From Cenarchaeum sp. (GTDB lineage Archaea > Thermoproteota > Nitrososphaeria > Nitrososphaerales > Nitrosopumilaceae): DNA of 64,000 bases. Below the pieces are notes generated by a model, which was not told the origin of the DNA, made no database searches, and saw nothing but the letters and a program-made list of their open reading frames with translations. Of the stretch, positions 28,922 to 39,562 are shown piece by piece. Location: NCBI GenBank assembly GCA_965242695.1, contig CBDESU010000002.1:1248001-1312000 (forward strand), read 5' to 3'. A program made the translations under genes and the position numbers. The first letter of the stretch is position 1, and every line of letters begins with the position of its first letter.

Positions 28922-31900
28922 GTGTCGGAGACAACCACCGCGGCGCGCCGGGGCGGCGGCCGTGCCCGGCGCCCCGCGGCGGTCGGCGCCGCGGCGGTAG
29001 CGATAGCGGCCGCCGCCATAGTGGCGTCGGGCATCCCCGACTCGCCGTTCCACGCCGCGGCCCAGTCGCCCGACACCACGCCGCCGTCCCTCCAGGGCGC
29101 CACGCAGGCGCTCAACCTGAACGCCGTGCCGCCGACGCTGACTATATCGTTCGACGAGGACGTCCTTGCCGCCCCCTTGGGCGCCGTACCGGGCGCGAAC
29201 ATGTCGCTCGTCGAGATCGTCGGCGTGTCCGGCCGCCCTGTAGTCGGGCTGGCCGGTGCCTCCGCCGCCCACGCAGCCGGGTCCCAGTCGACGCTGGTCG
29301 CAAACCTCACGGCGTCGCAGCATGCGGCCGCCTCGGCGGCGCACCGCGTCGCCGCTCCGCTCACCCTCACGGTGCGCTACGGCGCGGTCTACGACGCGTC
29401 GGGCAACGCGTTTGGCGGCCGGTCCGAGGCCGGCCTAGACGTGGTGCCCGACACGACGGCCCCCTCGGCCGCCGGCTCGGCCTTTGTACTGAACCTCACG
29501 GACGGGACGCTCCGCATGCACTTTGACGAGCCGATCGACGCGGCCGCTGCCGACCTGCGCGGCGTGACAGTCCTCGTGCAGACGGCGCCCGGCGAGATCG
29601 CCGCGACGGGCATGGGCGGCGCGTCGGCCATGCAGGGCGAGTCCGGCGAGCTCGTCATATCGCTATCCGCCGAACAGCGCCTACGCCTTGTCGGCCTGCG
29701 CCAGACCGGCGCCGGCTCGGCCGCCGACGCGGTGACCGTGACCGTGACGCACACCGCGATACCAGACTTTGCCGGGAACCACTGGTTGGGCACGCTGTTC
29801 GGATCTGCCCGGCCCGCCGTCATAGACGATGCGTCGGGGCCGTCCCTGCTGCCGCCTCCGATCCGCCCTCTGCTGAACCTGCGCGCCGGCTCGCTTGCGC
29901 TGTACTTTGACGAGGCGGTCAACCGAACGTCGGCGCGCCCCGGGCTGATCAACGTCACGCATGCGGGGCATCCGGAATCCGGACTCGGCGCCACGACGGT
30001 GGGCCTGGGAGGCGCGCATGTAGCCTCGCACGCCGACTCTGACGTGCTGGTGATCGCCCTGACGGAGGGGCAGGCGGGGTCGCTCAGGGCCCTGGCCGCG
30101 GCGGCCGCCGGCGAGGGCGGCATGCGCGCGGGGGCCCAGAACTGGACGGTCTCGCTGGCAAACGGCTCCGTGCGCGACATGGCTGGAAACCCGTCGGCCC
30201 CCGCCGCCGCAGCCCCCGCTGCGGCGGCCCACGCGGCCCCTGCGCGGCACGCGTGCATGGCCGCCGGCGGGGGGGACGGCCCGTGCCGGTACGGCATACT
30301 CGGGTCGTACGGCGAGGCGGCCGCGTGGAGCGGACAGGCGATTGCGGTCTCGGACGACGGCAGCCGCTCGTACGCCGCGTACGGCCCGCCGCCCGGCTCG
30401 CGCGCGGCGCGCATCGATGCCGTCGGACTCGCGCAGACCGGGGCCGGCGTCCGCCCCGTGCTCGCATCCGCCGAGTTCGAGCCGCCGGCATCCGGCGTCT
30501 CGTCGTCGGTGCATGCAATCGCGCTAGACGGGGCCGCGGGCGCGCCGCTAGCGGCGGTGCGGGAGGCGCCGTACGGCGGCGGAGGCGGCGGGGCGGGGCG
30601 CGCCTCGTCCTACCTGGCCCCCCTGCACCCTGCAACACTTGCAGAGGTGCAGCGCATTCCGCTCTCGTACGTCTCGCACAACGGGACCGCCGCGCCCGGC
30701 GATGCGCCCGCCTCTGTCGCAGCCGATGCGCCGCGCCGCCTCGTGCTTGCCGCCGTCTCGGATGCGCCCGCTAGTGCGGCCTCGCCGTACCGCACCCGCG
30801 GGGCCGTCCTGTCTGCCGACGTGGACGAGCTGCGGGCCCATGCGATGTACGCAGCGGCCGCCCCGGACAACTCGTCGGGGTACTACCATCCGTACCACGC
30901 CTGGCAGCCTGCGGCCGCGGCCGTAAACGAGACCTCGTTTGCCGCGGCCGGGAATGCGCCGGCTGTCGCGTACGTGGCCGGAGCGGCACTCGACGCCGCG
31001 GCCGCCGCATCGGGACTGGCATATCCGAACTCGTACGGAATCCACACGGTCGTATTCGGAAGCTCGTCGGCGTTCTCGCCAAACTACACGTCCGTCCACT
31101 CGCTGTCCCTGGCCGCACCACACGCGTCCCCGCACCCCGATGCGGCCTCGCTCGCAGTGGTATCGCTGGCCCTTGACGGCAACCCCGGCGGCGCCCTGTA
31201 CGCCCTGTACGCCAACGGCACCCTGGCGGCGCACGCGCTCGCGCCGGGCGCGCCGGGCGGCCCGGCGGCCGGATACGCGGTGCCCGCGCCGGGCATCGCA
31301 GTGGCGCACGGACTTGCCGTCCCGCGCCCGGGGATATCGATCGACGCAGGACGCGGCCTGCTGTACGCCGCGCCGACCGATCTCTCGTCCGTATTGGTGT
31401 ACGACCTGCGCGCCGCAGGCGGGCCCGCCCTGGCCGCCGAGGTGCCTGTTCCATATCCAGTCTCGGCCCTGGCGGCATCTGCCTCTGACGGGACCGTGCA
31501 CGTCCTGGGCGGCATGCCGGGCGGGCCGGACGCGCCGCCGGGCGCGGCCGCGTACATCGTGGGCCCCGGAGCGGCCCCGCTATCGCTGGACGGCCCGCCG
31601 TCGGCCGACCTGCGCGCCGGCATTCTGACGCTCCCGCTCGACAGGAGGGCCGATGCCGCATCGATCGACCCCTCGGGCATGGTCCTGTGGGGGTCCGGCG
31701 GCGGGTCGTCCGAGCCGGTGCGGCTCGCCGGCGCGTCCGTCCTGTCGTCGGGGTACACGACCGCGCCGGCAATCCTCCTGACCGAGGGGCAGAGGCGCGC
31801 CGCCGCGGCCGCGCACGCCTGGGACGGGCCGCTGCTCGCCAACCTGTCCGAGGGCGCGGTGCAGGGAGTGGTCGGCGCGCCGCTCGCCGCCGCCTCGTCG

Positions 31901-34900
31901 GTTGCGGTGCGCGTATCAGCGGCCCCTGCCAACGCGTCCCTTGTCCTGGCAGCCGCCGTCTCGCCGTACGAGGTGCGCGTAGAGTACGACGTGCCGGTCA
32001 ACGCAACGGCCGGCCTGTACGCGGGCCTGTCGCTCGAGCAGGGCGGCCGCCGGGCAGTAGAGGCCGTGCGCGGCGCCGGCAGCGCGGTGCACATACTCGA
32101 GATCGACCGCGCCGGCGCCCGGCTGCCGCCCGACGCATCCGGCTCGCTCGAGGTCCGGCGCCTGCCCGACCTGGGATCGCGCTCTGCGTTCGACGGAGCG
32201 GAAGCGGCCCCCGTGTCCGACGCGCAGCGCCCGTCCGTCCGGTCGGCAGTCGTAGTCGACAACGCGTCCGTCGCCGTGTTTTTCGACGAGCCCGTGTCGG
32301 GCGTCGAGGCGGCCGACTTTGGGGCGCTCACGGTCGGCGCGCAGGCCGACCCTCCCGTGTTCGAGGTCGCGCGCGTGTCGGGGTCTGGATCGTACCGCCT
32401 CCTCCATGTGGCCGACGCCTCGCCTCCCGTGCCGCGCAACGCGCACGGCTCGCTTGCCATGGCGCCGGGATCGTTCGAGGACCTTGCGGGAAACCCGGGC
32501 GCCGGCACGGGCGAGCCGGTATATGTGATACCGGGGCGCCTGACTGCCACGACGGACGGCCGGGCGCCCGTGCCGGCCACGCCCGGCATGTATGCAAGGG
32601 CGATAGTGGCCGAAAAAGCCCTTGGCGTATCGCTCGACCTCTCGCCGCTCGGCGGGCTGCCGCTGCCGGCAGATGATCCCCTGACCCTGGACGCGTTTGA
32701 TGCCGCCGTCATACTGCCGCCGGGCGCGTCCGTCGTCGGGGGAATGCCGGCCGACGGCATCGTGCGCGTGTCGGGGTCGCAGGCGGAGGCCGGCCCGCGC
32801 GCATCGATCGGCGGCGGCCGCATCCTGGCCATGGCCGACACGGGGGGAGCCGGCGGCGCGCCGGTGCAATTTGATGCGCCGGCGGCAATAGTCGTACCGG
32901 GCGCCGGCGGCGGCATCGCGTTCCTGCAGGAGCCGGGCGGCGCGCCGGCGGCGGTGCACGGCTCGTGCGGCGAGGCGGCCGGCTCGGCCGTGCGGCCCGT
33001 AGAACTGCGCGCCGCGGCAGAGGCGCACCTGAACGGGTCGGGCTCGTGCGCGGCCGACCTGGCCGGCGACAAGATCGTCGTATCCTTCGTCCTCACTACG
33101 GTCGGCGTCGCGGCGCGCGCAGAGGCCGGCGTGGCCGATCCAACAGTCGCCGCCGTGTGCGGGGGCGCCGCAGGGGCCGCCGGCGGCGAGGGAGCCGCCG
33201 GCCCTGCCGAATGCGCGCCTCCATACGCGGCAGTCCTCGACACCGGCGGGCTTGATGCCGCGGCGGTGGCCGTGTCCGCCGCACCCGGCCCACACGCGAC
33301 GGTCTTTGTCGCCGCCTCGAGCCCTGCCGGCCGCGTCGGAGACAGCGCCGCCGGCGAAGGGCCGTCCATACTCGTGTACGATGCGGGCGCCGGCTTGTCG
33401 CCTGCCGCCTCGTCGAGCCTTGGAGCCGGGCGTAAAGTCCTTGCGCTGGAGGCGGCCGCCGGCGGGGAGGCGGGAGGCGGCGGCCGGCCTGCCGCCGCCG
33501 CGTATGCTGTCGTTGCCACCCCGCCGGCCTCGGCTCCCGGCGGCGGCGAGGGGGCGCCGCCGGCGCCTCCTGCCGTGCTCGCGCGCATCAATGCAAGCGG
33601 CGCGGCCGGGCCGGGCGCCGTCCCCTTAGAGTACGTCGACGCCCGCGGGCTCGCCGCGCGCGTTGGGGCATCCGACAGGATACCGGCGCTGCACATCGAC
33701 GCGGCGGCGGGCCGGGCATACGTGGCCGTACTGGCGAACGCGAGCGCCCGCGGCGGCCTGGGAGGCGACGGCCCGATACTTGCAGTCGACACGGCGGCCG
33801 ATCCGGACAGGCTCCTGCGCCAGTACGCAGGCCCGTACGACACGCGGGCGGCGGCGGCCGCCGCCGGCTCGTACTACTACCCTGCCGAGGCATGGCGGCC
33901 GACGGCCCTTGCCGTGGCCGGCGGCGATCCTGCACTTGCGTACGCCGTCGGCGCCAGGCTGCCCGCGGGCGGATCCCCCGATGTCGGCGCGCCGCAGGGA
34001 ACAGAGTCGTACGGCATACAGGCCGTCTCGTTTGCAGGCGGCGGCGATCCGCCGGCATTCACGCCCAACTATACGCTGCGGGCGGAACTAGAGATCGCGT
34101 GGCCGCCGTCAACCATCCACGGCGCAGAGGTTCCCGGCCTGCCTGCGATCGGCGCCGTGCTCGACGCCGCCGGCGAAAAGCTGTACGTGCTGTACGGGAA
34201 CGGGACGCTGTCCGCGTACGATGCGGGCTCTGTCCGCGGCCAGGCCTCGCCGACCCCGCTCCTGCGCCAGCTGTACGTCCTTGACGAGATCGGCGGCCCG
34301 TCCGCCCTGGCCTCCTACGCGCCCTCCTCGGACGGTAGCGGCGGCATACTGTACGCGGCCGGCTCGGCAGGCATAAGGGCGTACGACATGCGCGCCGACA
34401 TGCTGATCGGCTCGGCCGCGATAGGCGGCATCGTCGACATGGACGCCGCGGCCGGCGGCACCCTGTACGCCGTGGGCCGCAACGGTACGGCCGTCGCAGT
34501 CGGGGATGCCGCGGCTCCCCCCGGCCTCCGCCCGTCCGCGCTCGAGTCCCTCGTGGCGGCCACGCCCGACGGCGGCACGGCACTCGCCGCGCCGGGCAGG
34601 TACGACAACGTCTCGCTCGTCCTGGACAGGCCGGTCAGGCTGGCGGCCGACCCGCCGGGGTCTGCCGTGCTCGGGCCCGGCTCGCGCATCGCCATTCTGG
34701 TGCCGCCGTCCGGCATCGTCGCGGTGGAGGGCATTGCGTTTGACGGCACGCGGTGCCCCGCGGGCTCGGATCCTTCCGATCCAGAGTCTGCCGCCATACG
34801 CGTCTCGGACGGGGCGTGGGCCGCCGAACGGCAGCCGCCGCAGCTGGGCGGCAGCGTAGCGATACTGTCCAACTCGTTTGCGGGCACGTGCGGCGCCGCG

Positions 34901-37675
34901 GTCGCCTCGAACGCGACGGCCGCCACGGGCCTTGCCGTCCGCTCAAACACGATCGAGTCCGCCGGCGCCGGGTACTACGGCGCGGCCATCGCGGTATCGG
35001 GGCTCGCCGGCGCCGCATCGGTCGAGTCGAACCGCGTGATCGGCGCGGCCGGGCACGCCGTGTCCGTGCACAACGCTTCGGGCGCGGTCGTATCGGAAAA
35101 CCGCATAGAGGATGCGTCGGGCGGCGGGATAGCCGTCTCGTCGTCGTCGGCCGTGCGCATTGCGGGAAACACGCTCGCCGGGCTCGCCGGCCCGGCCGTC
35201 CTTGTGCGCGATGCGCGGCCGGCTGATGAGGCTGCCGGCACGGCAGGCATCTTCTCGGACGGCGTGGCCGCCACCCTCAACGCCGTCTACGGGACGGACG
35301 TCGCACTGAGCGTCGAGGGTGGGGCCGGGCCGCGGAACGGATCGGGCGCCGCCTCTTCCCCGCCTCCGGTCCGCTTCAACTTCAACGCGCTGCACGCCCA
35401 CGGGGGCCTGGCCCCGTCGGTATCCATCTCGGCGGCCGGCGTGCCGGTCGACGCGCGCAGCAACTACTATCCGGGACTAGAGCCCGGCTCGTACCCACGC
35501 CTGGCCGGCTCGGCGGCGGAATACGCCCTGTCCGAGCCCGCCGCGGCGCCCCCGGGAGGGCCCCTGCGCATAGGGGTCCTGCTCGATGCCGCGCACCTCC
35601 CGCACGTCGACGGGCCCGCGCTAGAGGCGGCGCGGGCAGCGGCAGACGAGGCCAACCGGCGCACCGCCGGGCATGCAGGCCTCACGCCCGTCGAGCTGCA
35701 CGAGGCGCGCGGCGCCGCCAGCGACATGCCCGCCGCCGCCGAGGCCCTTGCATCCGGCGCCGCATACGACGCGCGCTACGAGCCCGTCCTTCTCGGGAGC
35801 ATCGCCGACGCCGCGTCGTGGCATGCCGCATCGCCGGGCGATGCGCTCGCCAGGATCGCCGCGGTCCCCTACAGGGGCCATGTGCTGTTCGCGGCCGACG
35901 CGTCGGGTACGGTCCTTGCCGCCTCGGATGCGGGCGCTAGCGCTGCGCGCATGGAACCGGGCCGGCCCCTGCCAGCCGCCGCGGCCAACCCGGCCGCGTT
36001 CGCCGCCACAGTCGGCCGGCTCGGCAATGCGAGCGCCGCGGGCGGCGGTACCGCCGCCGGAACGGCCTGGCTCGGCCATGCGTTGCCCGACGGTCGCATA
36101 GTGCGCACCCTGCTGATGGCCGCCTCGGGCGGAACCCTCCTCGGCGCCTCGTACGATGCGGGCGCGCCGCCGCGCGCATACGTGGGCCCCGTCTCGTCGG
36201 CCGGCTTGGCCGCCGCGGCGGCGGCACTGCCGGCCGGCACGCCGATCGTCTCGCCGGGCGCGGTCGATGGCAGCATCGTCGCCGCCGCCGGGCCGGCGGT
36301 GTTCAGCATGGCCCCCACCTCGGACAATGCGGCGGCGCCCGTGGCCGGGCAGGTAATGTCCGAGGAGCGCGTGGCCGCCGTCATACCGGTGGTCCAGGCC
36401 GACGACTACTCGCTCCGGTTCGCCGCCGCCGCCCTTGCCGAGTACGCGGACAGGTCGGAAGGCAACGACGGCGGCGGCACGGTCCTCCACTCCGTCTCGT
36501 TCGCGCCGTCCGAGGAGTCGGCCGAGTTCTGGTCGTCCGCGGCAGACGGCATGGAAGAGGCCGCGGCCGGCCTGGCCCGGCGCGGCCTGGACCCGTACGA
36601 GGTCGCCGTCTTGTACGTCGGCGGCGGCGGCCCCTTCGAGGCGCTCGCCGGGCAGGCCCTTGCCCGCCCCGCCCTTGCGGGCGCGCAGTGGTATGTGGGC
36701 GATGCGATCGCACAGATGTCGCAGGCGGGGGAAGGGCAGGGCGGCGTCGGCCGCTCGTCGCCGTGGTACGCCCCGGGCGCGGCCGGCCCGGGCAACGCCA
36801 CGTCGGCCGAGGCCCTCTCGCGCCGTACGGCGCTAGTCGCGTTCGCGCTAGAGCCCGCCCGCGGCATCGGCATCGACACGGCAGCCGGGGCGGCCGCCGA
36901 GTCCGTCCTAGGCGAGATCCGCCTAAGGCAGGCCGCGTCGGCATCGGCGGATCATCCTGCCCCGGCGGGCGGAGGATCCGGCGAGACGCCCGCCACCGCG
37001 TACGCATACCTTGCGTACGATGCAGTCCTTGCGCTGGCCATGGCCGTGCCGGCAGCCGAGGCGGCCGATCCGGCGGCGCCCGACTACGGCGCGGCGATCC
37101 GGCAGGCCGCATCGGCCCCGGCGGACCTGCGCGGCGGAATCGTCCGCGGCGCCGCATTCGATGCGGGCGGCTCGCTGGCGCACCCCTCCCCGTACGCGCT
37201 CTGGGCGTCGGCGCCGTCGGGGCCGCCCGTCCGCGCCGGCACTGTGGCCAGCCCGCCGCCCCTGTGCGGAATCGCGCTTTCCGACGGGCGGCTCGACTTC
37301 GGCGGCGTGCGGCCCGGTGGGGCATCGGACCCCGTCCCGCAGCGCGTTGCAAACGCGGGCACGGCCCCGCTCGAGGCGGTCGAAATTGAGGCGACGGGAT
37401 GGACGGCGGCCGCGGCCGAGTCGGGCAGCGCCGCCCCTGTCCTCCTCCCCGCGGGCCTCACCGAGGTGGCCGCCGGCCGGCTCCCGCCGGGCGCGCCGCC
37501 CACAGCCGTGCCGCCGGGCGAGTTCTCGCCGGTCTCGGAGGTAGGCGGCATGCTCGCGGGCCTGGCGCCGGGCAACTCGGCGCGGCTCCAGTTCGTGCTG
37601 AACATGACGTCCGTCCAAGATGCCCCCGACGTCCCCGTCGAGCAGCGCGTGACGTACACCGCGGCCTGCGGATGA
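28922..37675 (+). CDS. Giant (2917 aa) secreted/surface multidomain protein
   Basis: N-terminal hydrophobic signal; repeated 'LxxxFDE' Ig-like modules; two related propeller-like blocks; parallel beta-helix repeats; PBP type 1-like domain; Cys-bounded C-terminal Ig-like domain. Confidence 0.8.
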   Translation: MSETTTAARRGGGRARRPAAVGAAAVAIAAAAIVASGIPDSPFHAAAQSPDTTPPSLQGATQALNLNAVPPTLTISFDEDVLAAPLGAVPGANMSLVEIVGVSGRPVVGLAGASAAHAAGSQSTLVANLTASQHAAASAAHRVAAPLTLTVRYGAVYDASGNAFGGRSEAGLDVVPDTTAPSAAGSAFVLNLTDGTLRMHFDEPIDAAAADLRGVTVLVQTAPGEIAATGMGGASAMQGESGELVISLSAEQRLRLVGLRQTGAGSAADAVTVTVTHTAIPDFAGNHWLGTLFGSARPAVIDDASGPSLLPPPIRPLLNLRAGSLALYFDEAVNRTSARPGLINVTHAGHPESGLGATTVGLGGAHVASHADSDVLVIALTEGQAGSLRALAAAAAGEGGMRAGAQNWTVSLANGSVRDMAGNPSAPAAAAPAAAAHAAPARHACMAAGGGDGPCRYGILGSYGEAAAWSGQAIAVSDDGSRSYAAYGPPPGSRAARIDAVGLAQTGAGVRPVLASAEFEPPASGVSSSVHAIALDGAAGAPLAAVREAPYGGGGGGAGRASSYLAPLHPATLAEVQRIPLSYVSHNGTAAPGDAPASVAADAPRRLVLAAVSDAPASAASPYRTRGAVLSADVDELRAHAMYAAAAPDNSSGYYHPYHAWQPAAAAVNETSFAAAGNAPAVAYVAGAALDAAAAASGLAYPNSYGIHTVVFGSSSAFSPNYTSVHSLSLAAPHASPHPDAASLAVVSLALDGNPGGALYALYANGTLAAHALAPGAPGGPAAGYAVPAPGIAVAHGLAVPRPGISIDAGRGLLYAAPTDLSSVLVYDLRAAGGPALAAEVPVPYPVSALAASASDGTVHVLGGMPGGPDAPPGAAAYIVGPGAAPLSLDGPPSADLRAGILTLPLDRRADAASIDPSGMVLWGSGGGSSEPVRLAGASVLSSGYTTAPAILLTEGQRRAAAAAHAWDGPLLANLSEGAVQGVVGAPLAAASSVAVRVSAAPANASLVLAAAVSPYEVRVEYDVPVNATAGLYAGLSLEQGGRRAVEAVRGAGSAVHILEIDRAGARLPPDASGSLEVRRLPDLGSRSAFDGAEAAPVSDAQRPSVRSAVVVDNASVAVFFDEPVSGVEAADFGALTVGAQADPPVFEVARVSGSGSYRLLHVADASPPVPRNAHGSLAMAPGSFEDLAGNPGAGTGEPVYVIPGRLTATTDGRAPVPATPGMYARAIVAEKALGVSLDLSPLGGLPLPADDPLTLDAFDAAVILPPGASVVGGMPADGIVRVSGSQAEAGPRASIGGGRILAMADTGGAGGAPVQFDAPAAIVVPGAGGGIAFLQEPGGAPAAVHGSCGEAAGSAVRPVELRAAAEAHLNGSGSCAADLAGDKIVVSFVLTTVGVAARAEAGVADPTVAAVCGGAAGAAGGEGAAGPAECAPPYAAVLDTGGLDAAAVAVSAAPGPHATVFVAASSPAGRVGDSAAGEGPSILVYDAGAGLSPAASSSLGAGRKVLALEAAAGGEAGGGGRPAAAAYAVVATPPASAPGGGEGAPPAPPAVLARINASGAAGPGAVPLEYVDARGLAARVGASDRIPALHIDAAAGRAYVAVLANASARGGLGGDGPILAVDTAADPDRLLRQYAGPYDTRAAAAAAGSYYYPAEAWRPTALAVAGGDPALAYAVGARLPAGGSPDVGAPQGTESYGIQAVSFAGGGDPPAFTPNYTLRAELEIAWPPSTIHGAEVPGLPAIGAVLDAAGEKLYVLYGNGTLSAYDAGSVRGQASPTPLLRQLYVLDEIGGPSALASYAPSSDGSGGILYAAGSAGIRAYDMRADMLIGSAAIGGIVDMDAAAGGTLYAVGRNGTAVAVGDAAAPPGLRPSALESLVAATPDGGTALAAPGRYDNVSLVLDRPVRLAADPPGSAVLGPGSRIAILVPPSGIVAVEGIAFDGTRCPAGSDPSDPESAAIRVSDGAWAAERQPPQLGGSVAILSNSFAGTCGAAVASNATAATGLAVRSNTIESAGAGYYGAAIAVSGLAGAASVESNRVIGAAGHAVSVHNASGAVVSENRIEDASGGGIAVSSSSAVRIAGNTLAGLAGPAVLVRDARPADEAAGTAGIFSDGVAATLNAVYGTDVALSVEGGAGPRNGSGAASSPPPVRFNFNALHAHGGLAPSVSISAAGVPVDARSNYYPGLEPGSYPRLAGSAAEYALSEPAAAPPGGPLRIGVLLDAAHLPHVDGPALEAARAAADEANRRTAGHAGLTPVELHEARGAASDMPAAAEALASGAAYDARYEPVLLGSIADAASWHAASPGDALARIAAVPYRGHVLFAADASGTVLAASDAGASAARMEPGRPLPAAAANPAAFAATVGRLGNASAAGGGTAAGTAWLGHALPDGRIVRTLLMAASGGTLLGASYDAGAPPRAYVGPVSSAGLAAAAAALPAGTPIVSPGAVDGSIVAAAGPAVFSMAPTSDNAAAPVAGQVMSEERVAAVIPVVQADDYSLRFAAAALAEYADRSEGNDGGGTVLHSVSFAPSEESAEFWSSAADGMEEAAAGLARRGLDPYEVAVLYVGGGGPFEALAGQALARPALAGAQWYVGDAIAQMSQAGEGQGGVGRSSPWYAPGAAGPGNATSAEALSRRTALVAFALEPARGIGIDTAAGAAAESVLGEIRLRQAASASADHPAPAGGGSGETPATAYAYLAYDAVLALAMAVPAAEAADPAAPDYGAAIRQAASAPADLRGGIVRGAAFDAGGSLAHPSPYALWASAPSGPPVRAGTVASPPPLCGIALSDGRLDFGGVRPGGASDPVPQRVANAGTAPLEAVEIEATGWTAAAAESGSAAPVLLPAGLTEVAAGRLPPGAPPTAVPPGEFSPVSEVGGMLAGLAPGNSARLQFVLNMTSVQDAPDVPVEQRVTYTAACG

Positions 37676-37801
37676 CGACGAGGCTCCCGCCTCGCGCGGC
37701 CCGCCTCCGCGCGCCTGCCGCATCGGGCGCTAGGCCCCTCAGACGGGCAGAATGCCCGCCCCGTCCCTATCTTCATAACCCCCGCGCCGGGCGCCTCGGG
37801 C

Positions 37802-39562
37802 ATGCCCGCCGCGTCCGAGGCCGCCGCCGCCGTCGAGCGCTGCTTTGCATCGCCGCCCGAGTACGAGGAGGAGCATGCGGGCGCGCCCGCCGGCCGCCGG
37901 TCGATGACGCGCGTCGGCGACCTGCTCGAGGCGCGCTACCGGGTGGTGCCCGCGCGCGCCCAGATCCGCCGCAACCTTGCGGCCCGCCGCGCGGCCGGAC
38001 TCCCCCCGTACCCCGGCATAGTCGGGTTCGGCGGGACGGTCGAGCCGGCCGTCGACAGGGCCCTGCTGGCCGGCCACGACATGCTGCTAGTCGGCCAGGT
38101 CGGCCAGGCAAAGACGATGCTTGCGCGGGCGATCGCCGAGACGCTGCTCTCGGAGATGCCGGTCGTGCGCGGCAGCGCCACGAGCGACTGCCCGCTGGAC
38201 CTGCCGCCGGCCGAGCTTGCCGCCGCGCTGGAGGGGCGCGAGCCCGCATCGGACAGGCCCTCATTCCACGTCAGCCCCGACAGCCTCGAGGCGATCAGGG
38301 ACGGCGGCCTCGAGACCCGGATAGAGTGGAGGCCCGGCGCGGACAGGTTCCGCTACGTGCTGGCCACGCCGGACCTGTCGGTAAAGGACCTGGTCGGGCA
38401 CGTCGACGTGGCTAGGGTGGCCCGGCGCGGAACCGCGACGTACCGCGTCGAGTCGTACTCGCCGGGGCAGCTCATGCAGGCCAAGCACGGGCTGCTGTGC
38501 GTCGACGAGCTGCCCGTCATGGACCCGAAGAAGCAGGTGGCACTCCTCTCCGTACTGCAGGAGGGGATGTTCACGACGGGCGCCTTTCCGGTGGCGTTCG
38601 AGCCGCGCGCAGTGCTCGTCGCCACGGCAAACCCTGTCGACTATACCCACTCGGGGCGGATAGTCGAGCCGCTCTCGGACCGCCTGCGCAGCCACATCCG
38701 CACGCACTATCCGCGGACGGCCGGCGACGAGATGGCCATCGTGCTGGCCGAGGCGTGCGGACGCGCCGAGCCCGACGCGCGCGCCCTGCCGTCCGAGCCC
38801 GCAGTGCGGACAGTAGCCGCCGTGCTGGCCGGCATGCGGTCCAGCCCCCACATCGACCAGGCGCGGGGCGTGAGCACGAGGATTGGAATACACGGCCTAG
38901 AGGCGCTCGTCGCCGAGGCCGAGCGCGTGCGGGGCCTGGCCACGCCGGGCGGCGGCAGCGGGGGCGCGGCGGCAGCGGAGGCCGCCTCGCCGCGCCTGTC
39001 CGATCTGCATGCGCTCTGGCAGGCGGCAAAGTTCGACCTTGCCGAACTGGACGGGACGGACGGGAACAGGCGCGAGGTGTTTGCGGGTATAGTCGACGGG
39101 GCGGTGCGCGCGGCCGCCGCCGAGGCCCTGGGGGACGCGGGCGCCGGAGCATCGGCCGAGGGCGCACTCGAGGCGGTGCGCGCCGAGTTCGAGGGGGGCG
39201 GCGGCGCCTCTGCCGGCACTGGTGCCGCCCCGCCCGTGTTCCGCGTCTCGCAGCGCGCGCGCTGGGGAGAGGGAGGCGCCGGCAGCGGGGGAGAGGGGGA
39301 CGTCCCGTCGTACTCGGGGCAGCTGGCCCGGCTTCCAGTCCTGGCCCGGATGGTCGATGCGGCCGCGGCAGCGGCGGTGGCTCGCCACGTGCGGCTATGC
39401 GCCGCGGCCGGCCTGCCGCCCGAGGGCCGCGTCGCGGCGGGGCCGGCCGGCGAGGCGGCCGGCGACCTGCGCTGCATGGTGGCAGAGATGCTGCTGGAGG
39501 CGCTGCGGTGGTCCAAGCCCAAGGTGCTGGACAGGCGGGACGGCCGGTATGTCGCTGCTTGA
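37802..39562 (+). CDS. AAA+ ATPase, Mg-chelatase ChlI/MoxR-like
   Basis: Walker A 'GQVGQAKT', Walker B 'LCVDEL', 'QVALLSVLQE', 'ATANPVDYT..GRIVEPLSDR'. Confidence 0.85.
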   Translation: MPAASEAAAAVERCFASPPEYEEEHAGAPAGRRSMTRVGDLLEARYRVVPARAQIRRNLAARRAAGLPPYPGIVGFGGTVEPAVDRALLAGHDMLLVGQVGQAKTMLARAIAETLLSEMPVVRGSATSDCPLDLPPAELAAALEGREPASDRPSFHVSPDSLEAIRDGGLETRIEWRPGADRFRYVLATPDLSVKDLVGHVDVARVARRGTATYRVESYSPGQLMQAKHGLLCVDELPVMDPKKQVALLSVLQEGMFTTGAFPVAFEPRAVLVATANPVDYTHSGRIVEPLSDRLRSHIRTHYPRTAGDEMAIVLAEACGRAEPDARALPSEPAVRTVAAVLAGMRSSPHIDQARGVSTRIGIHGLEALVAEAERVRGLATPGGGSGGAAAAEAASPRLSDLHALWQAAKFDLAELDGTDGNRREVFAGIVDGAVRAAAAEALGDAGAGASAEGALEAVRAEFEGGGGASAGTGAAPPVFRVSQRARWGEGGAGSGGEGDVPSYSGQLARLPVLARMVDAAAAAAVARHVRLCAAAGLPPEGRVAAGPAGEAAGDLRCMVAEMLLEALRWSKPKVLDRRDGRYVAA

